The notes below the pieces were generated by a model. It saw only the letters and a program-made list of their open reading frames with translations, had not been told where the DNA came from and ran no database searches. DNA of 64,000 nt from an uncultured Methanomicrobiales archaeon (GTDB taxonomy: Archaea > Halobacteriota > Methanomicrobia > Methanomicrobiales > Methanospirillaceae): NCBI GenBank assembly GCA_963758915.1, contig CAVWXH010000003.1, forward strand, positions 64,001-128,000. The letters are read 5' to 3'. The position numbers were made by a program, and so were the translations under genes. This document shows positions 1 to 11,326 of this stretch, piece after piece (the stretch's first letter is position 1; each line of letters starts with the position of its first letter).

Positions 1-10
1 TTATAAAGGT

Positions 11-1288
11 ATGAGTATGATCAGCGATGCCAGGGCAGGCATCATCAACGATGAAATCCGGGCTGTTGCAAAAGCAGAAGGCGTAACCGAGGAATTTTTG
101 ATGAGAGGGGTCGCCGGCGGCCACATTGTTATCCCGGTGTCACCGTACCGAAAGGTCAAGGTATGCGGTATTGGTGAAGGGCTCCGGACCAAGGTCAATG
201 CCTCTATAGGGACGTCCTCTGATATTGTCGATATCGATATGGAAGTAAAAAAGGCCCGTCAGGCCGAACTTGCGGGGGCTGACACGCTGATGGAGCTCTC
301 AACAGGAGGCGACTTCGCCGAGATCAGGAGACGCGTTGTTGCGGCAACCACCCTGTCGGTAGGGAGTGTCCCGCTCTACCAGGCGTTTATCGAGGCAGCA
401 AGGAAAGACGGCGCTGTCGTCCACATGAAAGAGGATGACCTCTTCCGCATTACCGCCGAACAGGCGAAACTCGGGACAAATTTCATGGCGATCCACACCG
501 GGATAAACTTTGAGACCATAAAACGACTGAAAAACCAGGGGCGGCATGGAGGACTGGTCTCCCGCGGCGGTGCCTTCATGACGGCGTGGATGCTCCATAA
601 CGAGAAGGAGAACCCGCTGTATTCAGAGTTCGATTACCTCCTCGAGATCATGAAGGAGCATGAGGTCACCCTGTCGATGGGGAACGGTATGAGGGCAGGT
701 GCGGTCCATGATGCAACTGACCGGGCGGCGGTGCAGGAACTCCTGATCAATGCAGAACTCGCCGACAAGGCCCATGCAGAAGGCGTCCAGACAATTGTTG
801 AAGGGCCCGGACACATCCCGCTTGATGAGATCGAGGCAAACGTGGTACTGATGAAGCGTGTGACGAACAATAAACCGTTCTACATGCTCGGACCCCTTGT
901 TACGGACATTGCCCCGGGTTACGATGACCGTGTTGCGGCGATTGGTGCCGCAATCTCATCGAGCCTTGGTGCAGATTTCATCTGCTACGTCACCCCGGCA
1001 GAGCACCTGGCCCTGCCAACAGTGGAAGAGGTCTATGAAGGGGTCATGAGTTCCCGGATTGCCGCACATGTCGGGGACATGATCAAACTGAAAAAGACAC
1101 GTAAGGCTGACCTCGAGATGGGCCATGCCCGGCGTGACCTGGACTGGACCCGCCAGTTCCAGCTTGCCATGAACCCTGCACGGGCAAAAGCAATCCGGGA
1201 CGAGCGTTCACCCGCGGATACCGAGGCCTGCACGATGTGCGGAGATTATTGTGCAATCAAGATAGTAAATAAAAATTTCAAATTCTGA
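11..1288 (+). CDS. thiC: ThiC-family radical SAM enzyme, possibly BzaF-like 5-hydroxybenzimidazole synthase rather than HMP-P synthase
   Basis: 425 aa; KVNASIGTS, MELSTGGD, EGPGH, YVTPAEHL and C-terminal CTMCGDYC (CX2CX4C) cluster motif; GNGMRAGAVHD instead of canonical GDGLRPG. Confidence 0.9.
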   Translation: MSMISDARAGIINDEIRAVAKAEGVTEEFLMRGVAGGHIVIPVSPYRKVKVCGIGEGLRTKVNASIGTSSDIVDIDMEVKKARQAELAGADTLMELSTGGDFAEIRRRVVAATTLSVGSVPLYQAFIEAARKDGAVVHMKEDDLFRITAEQAKLGTNFMAIHTGINFETIKRLKNQGRHGGLVSRGGAFMTAWMLHNEKENPLYSEFDYLLEIMKEHEVTLSMGNGMRAGAVHDATDRAAVQELLINAELADKAHAEGVQTIVEGPGHIPLDEIEANVVLMKRVTNNKPFYMLGPLVTDIAPGYDDRVAAIGAAISSSLGADFICYVTPAEHLALPTVEEVYEGVMSSRIAAHVGDMIKLKKTRKADLEMGHARRDLDWTRQFQLAMNPARAKAIRDERSPADTEACTMCGDYCAIKIVNKNFKF

Positions 1289-1295
1289 TTTTTTT

Positions 1296-1560
1296 CGCTC
1301 TGTAGAAACACACATGAACGGGAAGTTCACACCCGGACAATTGAAAATGCTACGTTCAAAATTTCTATATATCGGGGTCAGTTTTGCTATTTTCATGGGA
1401 AATCCTCTCAAATCTATCTTGCAGATTGGTAATTCCAAAATTTCGTCACGCTCCCGGGGCTCATGGCCAGCCGCGTTGGCGACCCCGGTCTGGATAGAGA
1501 ATATCCCTGATACTCTGAATTTAATGAGCCTTCGGGAACCCTGCACCACCCCGATATGAT
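1296..1560 (+). mobile_element. MITE copy with IS5-type left end; right end degenerate or missing
   Basis: Starts CGCTCTGTAGAAACACACATGAAC, identical to 13294; internal segments match copies at 16044, 19226 and 25454; right boundary approximate. Confidence 0.75.
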
Positions 1561-1626
1561 ATTCATTGGCAGGTTTCAATTGGGACATTCAACGAAATAT
1601 CAGAGATTGCCGGTTATCCCATATTG

Positions 1627-3696
1627 TCACGGTTTGCACCTTTTCCCATGGTATTCTTCCCAGCAAACATGACGGCAGATATTTCCTACTGCTTTGAAGG
1701 CATCTTCCAGGTCAGGGAAATTTGGTATCCCTGAATCCTTAAGGACCCGGAGGGGTGTTTTCATGGAATCCCCGCCAATCATGCATCCGACTATCATCTT
1801 GTGGGTATTTTTAGAGAACCGTACCAGTTCGTTTGCGACTCGTATCGGGTCTGATATCGCTGATGGAACATTCACCACAAATGCAATGTCCCAGGCATCC
1901 TGGTTTTTGATCATCACGTCGAATGTCCTGGCGAACCTGTCAGCCGATGCATCACCTACCATATCGATCGGGTTGCGGCGATTCCAGTTTTCCGGCAGGA
2001 TGGCATCAAGTTCCTTAATTATGGCAGGAGAAAAGTCCACGATTTCTATCCCGAACAGTTCTGCGTAATCAGAGGATAAAACTGCAAAACCCCCGGCATT
2101 GCTGATTACGATTGCTCGGGTACCTTTCGGGTATCCTTCAGATGCGAGGAGTTCAGCAGTCTGGAATGCTTCCCGGATAGATCGAACAGGAATGATCCCG
2201 GATTGCCAGAATGCAGCCATGTATACATCAAAACTGCCTGACAATGAACCAGTATGCGATGCGGCCGCAACCTGACCTATCCTGGATGACCCGGACTTGA
2301 TGGCAACAACAGGTAATTTTCGCGTTACCTCCCTTGCAATTTTCATGAAACGCGTTCCTTCACGTATTTGCTCAATATACAGGATAATTGCCCGGGTATT
2401 GGGATTACCAGCCGTATACAGGAGGAAATCTTCAAAACTAAGGTCCGCCTGGTTTCCGATGCTGATCACTGCAGAAAAGCCAATCTCTTCGGGCAGGCTC
2501 CAGTCCACGATGGTAGAGATAATTGCCCCGCTTTGCGAAATGAATGCAATATTACCGGGTTTGGGGGATATCGGGTCGAATGTGGTATTGATACCCTGGT
2601 GGGGGAGCATAATACCGAGGCAGTTCGGGCCCACGATCCGAATACCATACTGCCTGGCAATTGCAAGTACCTGGTCTTCAAGTACCGATCCTGCGTCCCC
2701 GGTCTCCCGGAAACCGGATGATATAATAACAACGAGGGGAACTCCCTTCTTTCCAGCTTCTTCAACAACCTGTGGCACAGCGTGCGAGGGGACAACAACG
2801 ACGGCCATTTCAACAGGACCGGGAATTGACGAAAGGGTGGGGTACACGGTCCGCCCTAGAATACCAGGGTGTTTTGGGTTCACGGGATACAGGGAGCCCG
2901 GAAATGACAGGAGGTTACGCAGGACTGCATACCCGACCTTATTTGGGTCCGGAGAGGCGCCAATAACCGCAATTGACTTCACATTAAAGATCTCTGCCGG
3001 TAACACGGGTTCCAGCTTACTCTCATGTATTGCCACCTCGTCAGTCACATAAAACCTGGCATCAACGGCACAAGCCCCCTTTTCGTATAATAAAACAGGG
3101 TTCAGATCAAATTCAATAATATCAGGGCGGTCCAGGAATAATTGCGCAACCGACCCAATCAGTGCTACCAGCGCTGGAACATCCCGGGCCGGTACATTCC
3201 GGAACCCCCTGATCAGGCGGTACGCCTGTAATTCCTGGATCATCGCGTTGATATCGGACGAGATGACCGGGAGGACCCTGATTGACACATCCCTGATAAG
3301 CTCGACCAGTGTCCCCCCCATGCCGACCGTGATTATCTTTCCAAATGTCGGATCAATCCTTCCACCAACAAGTATTTCAAGTCCCTTTTCCTTCTGCTGT
3401 TCAATAATGATGCCTGAAATTATCGCGGAGGGATCGGATCCCTGTACATTGCGGACTATCGTATCATAGGCAGTTTCAGCTTCGGCAGTAGACCGGATAC
3501 CGGTGATAACACCTCCCGCATCGCTTTTATGGACTACCTGGAGAGAGATGACCTTCATGACCAGCGGATAACCAATCCGTTCTGCGGATACAGCCACATC
3601 CTGGCGGGAGCTTACCACCGAAAATTGGGGAACTGGTATCCCATGATTTTTTAATAACCCGTATCCTTCCGCTTCTGAAAGTAACCTGCGAGTCAT
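1627..3696 (-). CDS. ADP-forming acetate/acyl-CoA ligase, fused, ATP-grasp (beta) domain first
   Basis: N-terminal LSEAEGYGLL..HKSDAGGV..DLNP ATP-grasp; C-terminal IAVIGAS, GPNCLG, SQSG, SHTGSL (phospho-His); start placed at ATG 3696. Confidence 0.9.
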   Translation of the reverse strand: MTRRLLSEAEGYGLLKNHGIPVPQFSVVSSRQDVAVSAERIGYPLVMKVISLQVVHKSDAGGVITGIRSTAEAETAYDTIVRNVQGSDPSAIISGIIIEQQKEKGLEILVGGRIDPTFGKIITVGMGGTLVELIRDVSIRVLPVISSDINAMIQELQAYRLIRGFRNVPARDVPALVALIGSVAQLFLDRPDIIEFDLNPVLLYEKGACAVDARFYVTDEVAIHESKLEPVLPAEIFNVKSIAVIGASPDPNKVGYAVLRNLLSFPGSLYPVNPKHPGILGRTVYPTLSSIPGPVEMAVVVVPSHAVPQVVEEAGKKGVPLVVIISSGFRETGDAGSVLEDQVLAIARQYGIRIVGPNCLGIMLPHQGINTTFDPISPKPGNIAFISQSGAIISTIVDWSLPEEIGFSAVISIGNQADLSFEDFLLYTAGNPNTRAIILYIEQIREGTRFMKIAREVTRKLPVVAIKSGSSRIGQVAAASHTGSLSGSFDVYMAAFWQSGIIPVRSIREAFQTAELLASEGYPKGTRAIVISNAGGFAVLSSDYAELFGIEIVDFSPAIIKELDAILPENWNRRNPIDMVGDASADRFARTFDVMIKNQDAWDIAFVVNVPSAISDPIRVANELVRFSKNTHKMIVGCMIGGDSMKTPLRVLKDSGIPNFPDLEDAFKAVGNICRHVCWEEYHGKRCKP

Positions 3697-3863
3697 GTCA
3701 ACAATTCCATGGTAGGTATTACTCGGCTCCGGGTTATGAGGTTTATTAATGAATACTAACGGCTGACATCCTGCAGGGGAAAAATTAACAGTCCTCCTTA
3801 AGCCGGGGGACACATGACCTTTTGCCACGTAACCTGGTGGCACAGGAGATGTTTTTCCGGGTT

Positions 3864-4893
3864 TTAATCAGTATTACCTGTTTTTTTCCACTCGCAGGTC
3901 ATGGCGCTTCCCCCGTCTTCCGGGTGGCATTCCCGGGTGATCTCGAGGAAGATCCGGCGATGGATGATCCGCCAGCTGATAATCAGCTGGACCAGGTCTC
4001 CAGCGGTAATATATTCACGGTCCTTGAAGAGGGAGACAGGGTGGACTTTTGTCTGGTGTTCAATACTGCGCTCGAGTTTTTCAACTACATGCCCGGACAG
4101 TTCGCCATCCACGATCAGTTCTCCCATACACTGCCCAAATTGTATACCTTTTGTAAATTTAAGTGAAAAATCCCGTTCAGACAGCGAAAGGATGGAGTAA
4201 AGGTCAAGAGAAAGGTCGATCTCCTTCAGGCTGTGCTTCATTCTGTTCTGGGAGAGTCTCACGCGGTAGACATTACGCTCCTCACCAAGTTCACGGCCGT
4301 ATTCTGAATAATCAATACCGACAACCGCATCTGCATATTCTTTCTGGGGAGCAATATAGCGTTCGTAATCAGGTTTGCGTTCCTCGATATGCCTCTTCAC
4401 ATCAGCAGCCGAATATCCCCGTTTTTTAATATCACGGATTATCTTCCAGTCATACTTGACCGCAGGTGCCGGGTCAACAAACAGTAAAAAATCAAGGTTG
4501 TTGCGGAGCGAGGGGGTGAAAAACGTATGCAGGCCTTCCAGGATGAGGATTTTTTTCGGGATGAACATGACCGGCGGGTCAAATGTTCCTGTGTCGTGGT
4601 TGTATACCGGTTTCTCTACCGGCTTGCCCTGTTTCATCTGGCCCAGATCCACTTCAAGCTGGTCTAACCTGTTTGCAGCTGGATTCAGGGCAGTAATTCC
4701 CAGGTTCCTTCCGTTCCTCCCTGTCATACCGGTGGTAATCATCGAGGGTTATGGTAGAGACAAGATCGCTGCCAAAAATACTCCGGACCCCTTGCGTAAA
4801 TGTCGTTTTACCCGAACCGCTGTCCCCTGCAACGCCAATCGTAAAAATATAGGGTGTTGCTGCAATCGTGTCCTTTAAACTATGGGTCTGCAT
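3864..4893 (-). pseudogene. prk: Phosphoribulokinase with a +1 frameshift near 4703-4710 (real lesion or sequencing error)
   Basis: N-part IGVAGDSGSGKTT..TLDDYHRYDREERK in one frame; LGITALNPAAN..PVYNHDTGTFDPP..ILEGLH..KIIRD continues in another frame; one extra base in AAGGAACCTGGGA. Confidence 0.85.
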
Positions 4894-5257
4894 GTACAAC
4901 TAATCTCCTCGATTTTGCAGGCTAAAAATCATCCTGTATTCCCACGGGATTTACACGATATTCCATACCTTCCCCAACAAACTCACAGGTTGCCCGGGAA
5001 AAACCCTTTCGGATGTTGCAGACTTGAATCCAGGTATACTGATCGGTTTGAATAAAGACCGGCACCTGGCAGCGGGGCTACCTGTGATGGGGGTTTTCCC
5101 TGAGTAACAGGCAGATGAACCACCAGACCCGCGAGAGAAGGTACAGGCGATGCCGCAAAAAAGCAGGTAAGGGTTATCCCATAATATTTTTCCACATGAG
5201 ACAACCCATTACAACGGGACCTTTTAAGCACGATTCCACCAATTTCATATAACAAGT

Positions 5258-5833
5258 ATGCCTCACGGTGGGAGATTGACCAAGGAGGAACTACGGGACC
5301 AGGCCCGGGCAGTGCGATCGGGACTTACTCCTGCAGAGGCGGGTTCATTCAGCAGGTTAATCTGTGACACCCTCTTCAAGGGACTGAACGGGGAGGGGAC
5401 GGTGATGGTCTATGTTCCAAAACCACCGGAGGTTGATACAATGCCCCTCATCAAGCAGCTCATACAGAAGGGCGTCCGCGTTGTGGTCCCGATCATCGAG
5501 AGGGATACCCGGACACTCCGCCTATCCTGCCTGGAGGACCCGGACATCCTGGTCATCAGTACATTTTCAGTCCCTGAACCAATCGGGAAGGAAATCCCTG
5601 TATGCGGCAGGGACCTTGATGTTGTTGTTGTCCCGCTTCTCGCCTTTGACCGGGCGGGTCACCGGCTCGGTTATGGCGCGGGGTACTATGACCGGTTCCT
5701 TTCGTCGTATACTCAGGCAAAAAAGATCGGTGCTGCATTTTCCTGCCAGGAGATAGGATCGGTCCCTGCCGATGAGAATGATGTGGCCATGGACATGATC
5801 GTCACAGAGCGGGAAATTATCTCCTGCCGCTGA
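5258..5833 (+). CDS. 5-formyltetrahydrofolate cyclo-ligase family protein
   Basis: KEELR, PEVDT, VVPLLAFDRAGHRLGYGAGYYDRFL, DVAMDMIVTE motifs. Confidence 0.9.
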   Translation: MPHGGRLTKEELRDQARAVRSGLTPAEAGSFSRLICDTLFKGLNGEGTVMVYVPKPPEVDTMPLIKQLIQKGVRVVVPIIERDTRTLRLSCLEDPDILVISTFSVPEPIGKEIPVCGRDLDVVVVPLLAFDRAGHRLGYGAGYYDRFLSSYTQAKKIGAAFSCQEIGSVPADENDVAMDMIVTEREIISCR

Positions 5834-5989
5834 ATTATTTTATATATTCCCCTGTGAAATCTCCTTCAAATCCGCTGGATATACTGATCCCACCAGAAAT
5901 GGAAGAATATGACTCAGGATGGTACTATCATAATATTTATAATAAAATGAGACTTACTTTTAGTTAGCATTTACCAGGAGTTAGTTCTG

Positions 5990-8374
5990 ATGCCAAATAA
6001 AGATTACGCAGAAGTCGGGGTACGGGAAGCCGCCCGCGACGACGCCGGACGTGGAATAGCACGAGTCAGCATCGATATCATGAGGGCACTCGGGCTGGTA
6101 AGCGGTGATGTAATAGAAATACAGGGGAAGAAAAAGGCCACCGCAATAGTCTGGCCAGGTTTCCAGCAGGACACCGGGAATAAGGTAATCCGTATCGACG
6201 GAACTGTCAGGAGCAATGCAGGGGCAGGTGTCGATGATACGGTAAAGATCAGGAAGATCGAGCTCGGCTATGCAAAAAAGATAATTATTGCACCCACCCA
6301 GCCGATCCGCCTGATCGGAGGGGAACAATACCTCCACCGGGTCCTCTCCGGAAGATCAGTGATGGAGGGGCAGAACGTGCGGGTGGACGTAATCGGGAAC
6401 CCGATCACATTCGTCATTTCGAAGGTCATCCCGAAAGGTATCGGCATTGTTACCGATGACACAGAAATAGAACTGAAAGATACCGCATATAAGCCTGAAG
6501 AGGGTAAACAGGAGGTCTCTGACGTCCACTACGAGGACATAGGCGGACTTGGCCGCGAGCTGCAGCTCGTGCGTGAAATGATAGAACTGCCGCTACGGCA
6601 CCCGGAAATCTTCGAGAGGCTGGGGATAGAGCCACCAAAGGGAGTACTCCTCTACGGTCCGCCAGGCACTGGAAAGACACTCATCGCAAAAGCGGTGGCA
6701 AATGAAGTTGAGGCCCACTTCATTACCCTTTCCGGCCCGGAAATCATGAGCAAGTACTATGGGGAGAGCGAAGGGAAGCTCCGGGAAGTCTTTGAAGAAG
6801 CACAGGAAAATGCACCGACAATCATTTTCATCGATGAAATCGACTCGATTGCACCAAAGCGTGAAGAGACCAAAGGTGAGGTGGAGCGTCGCGTCGTGGC
6901 ACAGCTCCTTGCCCTGATGGACGGACTAAAAGGCAGGGGACAGGTCATTGTCATCGCCGCAACCAACCTTCCGGACTCAATCGACCCTGCACTCCGCCGG
7001 GGTGGCAGGTTTGACCGGGAGATAGAGATCGGCATTCCCGACAAGAAAGGACGGTTTGAGATCTTCCAGGTCCACAGCAGGGGGGTCCCCCTTGCAGATG
7101 ATGTCAACCTGCAGGCATATGCGGATACTACCCACGGGTTTGTCGGTGCTGACATCGCGCTCCTTGTAAAGGAGGCTGCAATGAGGGCACTCAGGAGGAT
7201 CATCCCCCTGATAAAACCTGATGAAGAGATCCCTGCCGAGATCCTTGATGACCTGAGGGTCACCGGGGCTGACTTTGACGAGGCACGGAAACAGGTCGAA
7301 CCAAGTGCAATGCGCGAGGTGCTCGTAGAAATCCCGGATGTTACCTGGGATGAGGTCGGAGGCCTAGATGAGGTGAAGAAAGACCTGCAGGAGGCAGTGG
7401 AATGGCCATTAAAGTACCCCTTTGTATTCGAGCAGCTCAAGACCAAGCCCCCGAAAGGGATCCTCCTGTTCGGGCCACCCGGGACAGGGAAGACCCTGCT
7501 CGCAAAGGCTGTTTCAAACGAGTCAGAATGCAATTTCATCTCCGTAAAGGGTCCTGAACTCCTCTCAAAATGGGTAGGGGAGTCTGAAAAAGGGGTCAGG
7601 GAGATATTCAGGAAGGCCAGGCAGGCGTCCCCCTCGATCATCTTCTTCGATGAAGTTGATGCACTCGTGCCAAAGCGGGGTTCTTATGCGGGTTCATCCC
7701 ATGTGACCGAGAGCGTGGTCTCCCAGATCCTCACCGAGCTCGACGGCCTCGAGGAGCTGAAAAACGTCACCGTTATTGCGGCGACGAACAGGCCTGATAT
7801 GATCGACCCGGCGCTCCTGCGCCCCGGAAGGCTGGAGCGCCATATTTACGTGCCCCCGCCCGATGAAGAGGGCCGGAAGAAGATCTTCGGTGTCTACCTG
7901 CGGGATGCGGGTGCGCTCCTTACCAGTGACATCAGCATCGATGACCTTGTCCTGCAGACCGACGGGTATGTAGGTGCTGATATCGAGGCACTTGTCCGAC
8001 AGGCAAAACTTGGTGCAATGCGTGACTTTATCACGGTAATGGCAGATACGAGTGAGAAGGAACGGCAGGATGCCGTGGTGAACATCCGAATCACGAGGAT
8101 GCACTTTGAAGATGCAGCCAAAATAGTCAAGGGGTCTCTCGACCGCGACGCCCTCGAGACGGCTGAACGGCAGGCATGGGAGATGCTGTACAACCATGAT
8201 CAACGGGTAATCCTTGAAAATTCCCTTGCCAGCCTGAAGCGGGCAGAACTCCGGAAGGTAACAGACAGCAGTACGGACATTCTCAGGAAAGAGACCTTTA
8301 AAACTAAAAAAGACTTCAGCGAGATTAAAAAACTCACCAGCCAGCTGGATGAGCAGTTGAAACAGACCACATAA
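5990..8374 (+). CDS. cdc48: CDC48/VCP-family AAA+ ATPase
   Basis: N-domain plus two AAA modules (GPPGTGKT twice, IIFIDEID / [22 protein letters not shown]). Confidence 0.97.
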   Translation: MPNKDYAEVGVREAARDDAGRGIARVSIDIMRALGLVSGDVIEIQGKKKATAIVWPGFQQDTGNKVIRIDGTVRSNAGAGVDDTVKIRKIELGYAKKIIIAPTQPIRLIGGEQYLHRVLSGRSVMEGQNVRVDVIGNPITFVISKVIPKGIGIVTDDTEIELKDTAYKPEEGKQEVSDVHYEDIGGLGRELQLVREMIELPLRHPEIFERLGIEPPKGVLLYGPPGTGKTLIAKAVANEVEAHFITLSGPEIMSKYYGESEGKLREVFEEAQENAPTIIFIDEIDSIAPKREETKGEVERRVVAQLLALMDGLKGRGQVIVIAATNLPDSIDPALRRGGRFDREIEIGIPDKKGRFEIFQVHSRGVPLADDVNLQAYADTTHGFVGADIALLVKEAAMRALRRIIPLIKPDEEIPAEILDDLRVTGADFDEARKQVEPSAMREVLVEIPDVTWDEVGGLDEVKKDLQEAVEWPLKYPFVFEQLKTKPPKGILLFGPPGTGKTLLAKAVSNESECNFISVKGPELLSKWVGESEKGVREIFRKARQASPSIIFFDEVDALVPKRGSYAGSSHVTESVVSQILTELDGLEELKNVTVIAATNRPDMIDPALLRPGRLERHIYVPPPDEEGRKKIFGVYLRDAGALLTSDISIDDLVLQTDGYVGADIEALVRQAKLGAMRDFITVMADTSEKERQDAVVNIRITRMHFEDAAKIVKGSLDRDALETAERQAWEMLYNHDQRVILENSLASLKRAELRKVTDSSTDILRKETFKTKKDFSEIKKLTSQLDEQLKQTT

Positions 8375-8391
8375 CAATTGGGAATACCATT

Positions 8392-8838
8392 ATGACCAGC
8401 GCACCAGATGAAAATTTCAGGAACATAGGGGAGATCATCCGGAAAATGCTTGAACAGGCGGGTATGAGTGATCACCCGGCACCCGTCATTTTCAATTTCC
8501 GGATCTACGTTAATATGCCGGTATGCCCGGCCGGGCAACAAAACCTGGCCCCCTCAAGGAGTCACACGATAGAGCCTGAAGTAGAGGTCCAGCGGGTTGG
8601 AAACGAGGTGATACTGGCAACCGAACTCCCGGGAGTCTCCCCCGAGGATGTAAAAGTGATGTTTTCCGGTTCGACCGTCCATATCAAGGCAGGGGACGGG
8701 GACCTGAAATACCAGACAACTGCAGATGTCCCACCGGCGGAAAAGGACTCCGTTTCGGTATCATTCCGGCATGGCGTACTAGAGGTCACCTACCGTGAGC
8801 AGTTTCGGGAGACCGGACCTTCTGCCGGGGACGAATAA
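8392..8838 (+). CDS. Hsp20/alpha-crystallin-like protein
   Basis: ELPGVSPEDVKV and FRHGVLEV motifs; directly downstream of cdc48. Confidence 0.8.
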   Translation: MTSAPDENFRNIGEIIRKMLEQAGMSDHPAPVIFNFRIYVNMPVCPAGQQNLAPSRSHTIEPEVEVQRVGNEVILATELPGVSPEDVKVMFSGSTVHIKAGDGDLKYQTTADVPPAEKDSVSVSFRHGVLEVTYREQFRETGPSAGDE

Positions 8839-9204
8839 ACCCATTTATTGACCTTTTTTCCAAGAACCTTATTGTTAATTCCTGGTGGATCCACGGGCGG
8901 TTACGGTTGACGTATCCTTGGGGTCCAGGACAAATTATACCTGTAATAATTACCCGGCCGAAGGTTGTAAAAAAAACAGCGCGGTTATTTTTTTCCTTCC
9001 TCGCCCCACATCCGGCACCATTACCACGATCCCGGGGAATTCCGGGTACGGGAAAAAGGAGGTTCATATCAGGTTGTGGACAGCCCATCCAGGCAGGATA
9101 ATAATCCTGATAAACCCCGGAATCAAAAGACTACACGTGATCAGGGAGTCCGGTTGGATAGCCCGTGGTTTACCGAGTTGTATGGCAGAGGAAGGCAGTA
9201 AAAA

Positions 9205-10110
9205 ATGATACTCAAAGAATTCCTTGACGGCGCAGGGACAGAAAAAAACCTGGCGGAATTAATTCTCTTTTTCAGCAGGGAAGCCCGGTCGGTGAAGATG
9301 GGATTTCTCTCCACGGCCAGGAAATCACCTGCAGATGAAAAGACACGCAATATGTATGGCGAAGAGCAGATGCCCCTGGATAAATATGCCGACGAGGTAT
9401 TCATTTCAGGGTTGAAGAAGACGCGGCTTGCCCGGTATATCGCCACGGAAGAACAAGACACTATCATTGAAGTCGGGAACCCGAAAAGCGAATTCGGGGT
9501 TGTCATCGACCCGCTGGATGGATCATCCCTTATTGATGTGAACCTTTGTGTAGGGTCAATCATTGGTATCTATCCCGGGCATGTTCTCGAGAAGGGAGCA
9601 AAAATGGTCGCTGCGATGTATATCCTGTATGGCCCCCTTACCACACTGACGTATACAGCAGGAAAGGGAGTCCACGAATTTGTCCTGGATGAAACCGGTG
9701 AATTTGTTCTTAAACACCAGGATATTAAAATCCCTGACGGGAAAATTTATGCACCCGGTGCCCTGAGAAGGGATTACCTGCCAGCTCATGCACGGTTTAT
9801 TGAGGGACTTGAAGCGGCGGGGTATAAACTCCGGTTCAGCGGATGTTTTGTTGCAGATGTACACCAGATCCTTCGCAAGGGAGGGGTATTCACGTACCCG
9901 GGTTTCAAAAATAAGGAAAACGGAAAATTGAGGCTTTTATACGAGGCAAACCCGATGGGAAAGATTATCCGGGAAGCAGGAGGGGCAATCAGTAACGGGC
10001 ACACAGATATTCTGGATATTACGCCGAAATCAATCGGTGAGATTACACCCATCTATATTGGTGGCATGAAAGAGATCGCGATGATTGAAAAGTTTATGAC
10101 ACAAGGGTAA
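9205..10110 (+). CDS. fbp: Class I fructose-1,6-bisphosphatase
   Basis: [39 protein letters not shown]. Confidence 0.93.
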   Translation: MILKEFLDGAGTEKNLAELILFFSREARSVKMGFLSTARKSPADEKTRNMYGEEQMPLDKYADEVFISGLKKTRLARYIATEEQDTIIEVGNPKSEFGVVIDPLDGSSLIDVNLCVGSIIGIYPGHVLEKGAKMVAAMYILYGPLTTLTYTAGKGVHEFVLDETGEFVLKHQDIKIPDGKIYAPGALRRDYLPAHARFIEGLEAAGYKLRFSGCFVADVHQILRKGGVFTYPGFKNKENGKLRLLYEANPMGKIIREAGGAISNGHTDILDITPKSIGEITPIYIGGMKEIAMIEKFMTQG

Positions 10111-10120
10111 GTAAACAGGA

Positions 10121-11272
10121 GTGGGAAGTCTTATGAAACAGGAAGATTATGGTCCAATCTCTGGTTCAACAATTTTCAAAGGTATTTCAGGCAGGAAAGC
10201 AATAATAATGGCAGCGAACACGCGGATTACTACTGTTGCAAAGGGAATTTTCCAGGCCGCAAAAGATACAGATTCTGCCGTATTTATGGAACTCGCACGT
10301 TCTGAATGTGACCTGAAAGGTGGGTATACAGGATTAACACCGAACGATTTCGGGGAGAGAATCCGCGAAGCAGCGATGGAGGTGCAGTTTGATATCTGGG
10401 CCCTTCACGCGGATCATATCACGATTAAGAAAGGGGATGCAACTGAGATCGAGCAGACAAGGCTGCTGATCAATGCCCAGGTCGCCGCAGGGTATACTTC
10501 TTTTGCCATCGATGCCTCGCACCTCTTTAATTTTGAAGGTAAAAATGTCAGGGAAGAACTGGAACAAAATATAGCGGTCACGACAGAACTGGCACATTAT
10601 ATCAAGAGCAGGATGAAAGGGAAGGATTTCGGCCTTGAAGTGGAAGTGGGGGAGATCGGGAGAAAAGACGGGCAGGGCATGATCCTGACCAAGCCCGAGG
10701 AAGCTGTAGAATTTATCAAGGGTTTACATGAGAACGATATAATTCCCCAGGTCCTTGCGATTGCCAACGGAAGCACGCATGGCCATGTGTACGATGAGAA
10801 AGGGAACGTGGTCGAGCAGCTTTCGATCGATATCCCACAGACAAAGGCGGTCGCAAAAGCACTCCGGGACAATAAGCTGAATGTCGGTATCGCCCAGCAT
10901 GGTATTACCGGCACACCCCGTGACCTCATTAACCAGCATTTCCCGAAAGGGGATATTATTAAGGGAAATGTCGGGACATTCTGGCAGGACGTCGTTTTGG
11001 ACACCTTCAAGGTATACGAACCCGGACTCTACAAGGATATCCAGGAATGGACACTTGAGAAATACCGGGCTGCAAACCCAGGTAAATCGGACAGGCAGAT
11101 CGTTGATGGCAACTGTAAATTTGCAATTAAGGAGTTTTTCAGGGAAATCTATGCCGTTAATGAAGATACAGAAAAGGCGATCCAGGCAATGGCGTATGCT
11201 GAAAGCCTTGTATTTTTTAAAGCATTCAGCTCGTACGGGTCAGCTTCACTTGTGCGAAAATATATGTCGTAA
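10121..11272 (+). CDS. Class II fructose-bisphosphate aldolase
   Basis: LHADH, FAIDASH, EVEVGEIG, ANGSTHG, AQHGITG, KGNVGT metal-binding motifs. Confidence 0.88.
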   Translation: MGSLMKQEDYGPISGSTIFKGISGRKAIIMAANTRITTVAKGIFQAAKDTDSAVFMELARSECDLKGGYTGLTPNDFGERIREAAMEVQFDIWALHADHITIKKGDATEIEQTRLLINAQVAAGYTSFAIDASHLFNFEGKNVREELEQNIAVTTELAHYIKSRMKGKDFGLEVEVGEIGRKDGQGMILTKPEEAVEFIKGLHENDIIPQVLAIANGSTHGHVYDEKGNVVEQLSIDIPQTKAVAKALRDNKLNVGIAQHGITGTPRDLINQHFPKGDIIKGNVGTFWQDVVLDTFKVYEPGLYKDIQEWTLEKYRAANPGKSDRQIVDGNCKFAIKEFFREIYAVNEDTEKAIQAMAYAESLVFFKAFSSYGSASLVRKYMS

Positions 11273-11326
11273 CCATTCACCACAATTTTTTTCTCCTGTA
11301 AAGAGATTCTATAGTGTGAATCCTTT

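Noticed and set aside
1314-1559. Small ORFs over the intergenic repeats (also 13194-13394, 14967-15233, 19216-19419, 25451-25693)
   Set aside because: They are translations of MITE sequence; frames and strands are inconsistent between copies.
6757-7641. Long antisense ORFs (also 2297-3052, 23864-24814, 30090-31145, 31625-32395)
   Set aside because: Shadow frames opposite well-supported genes.
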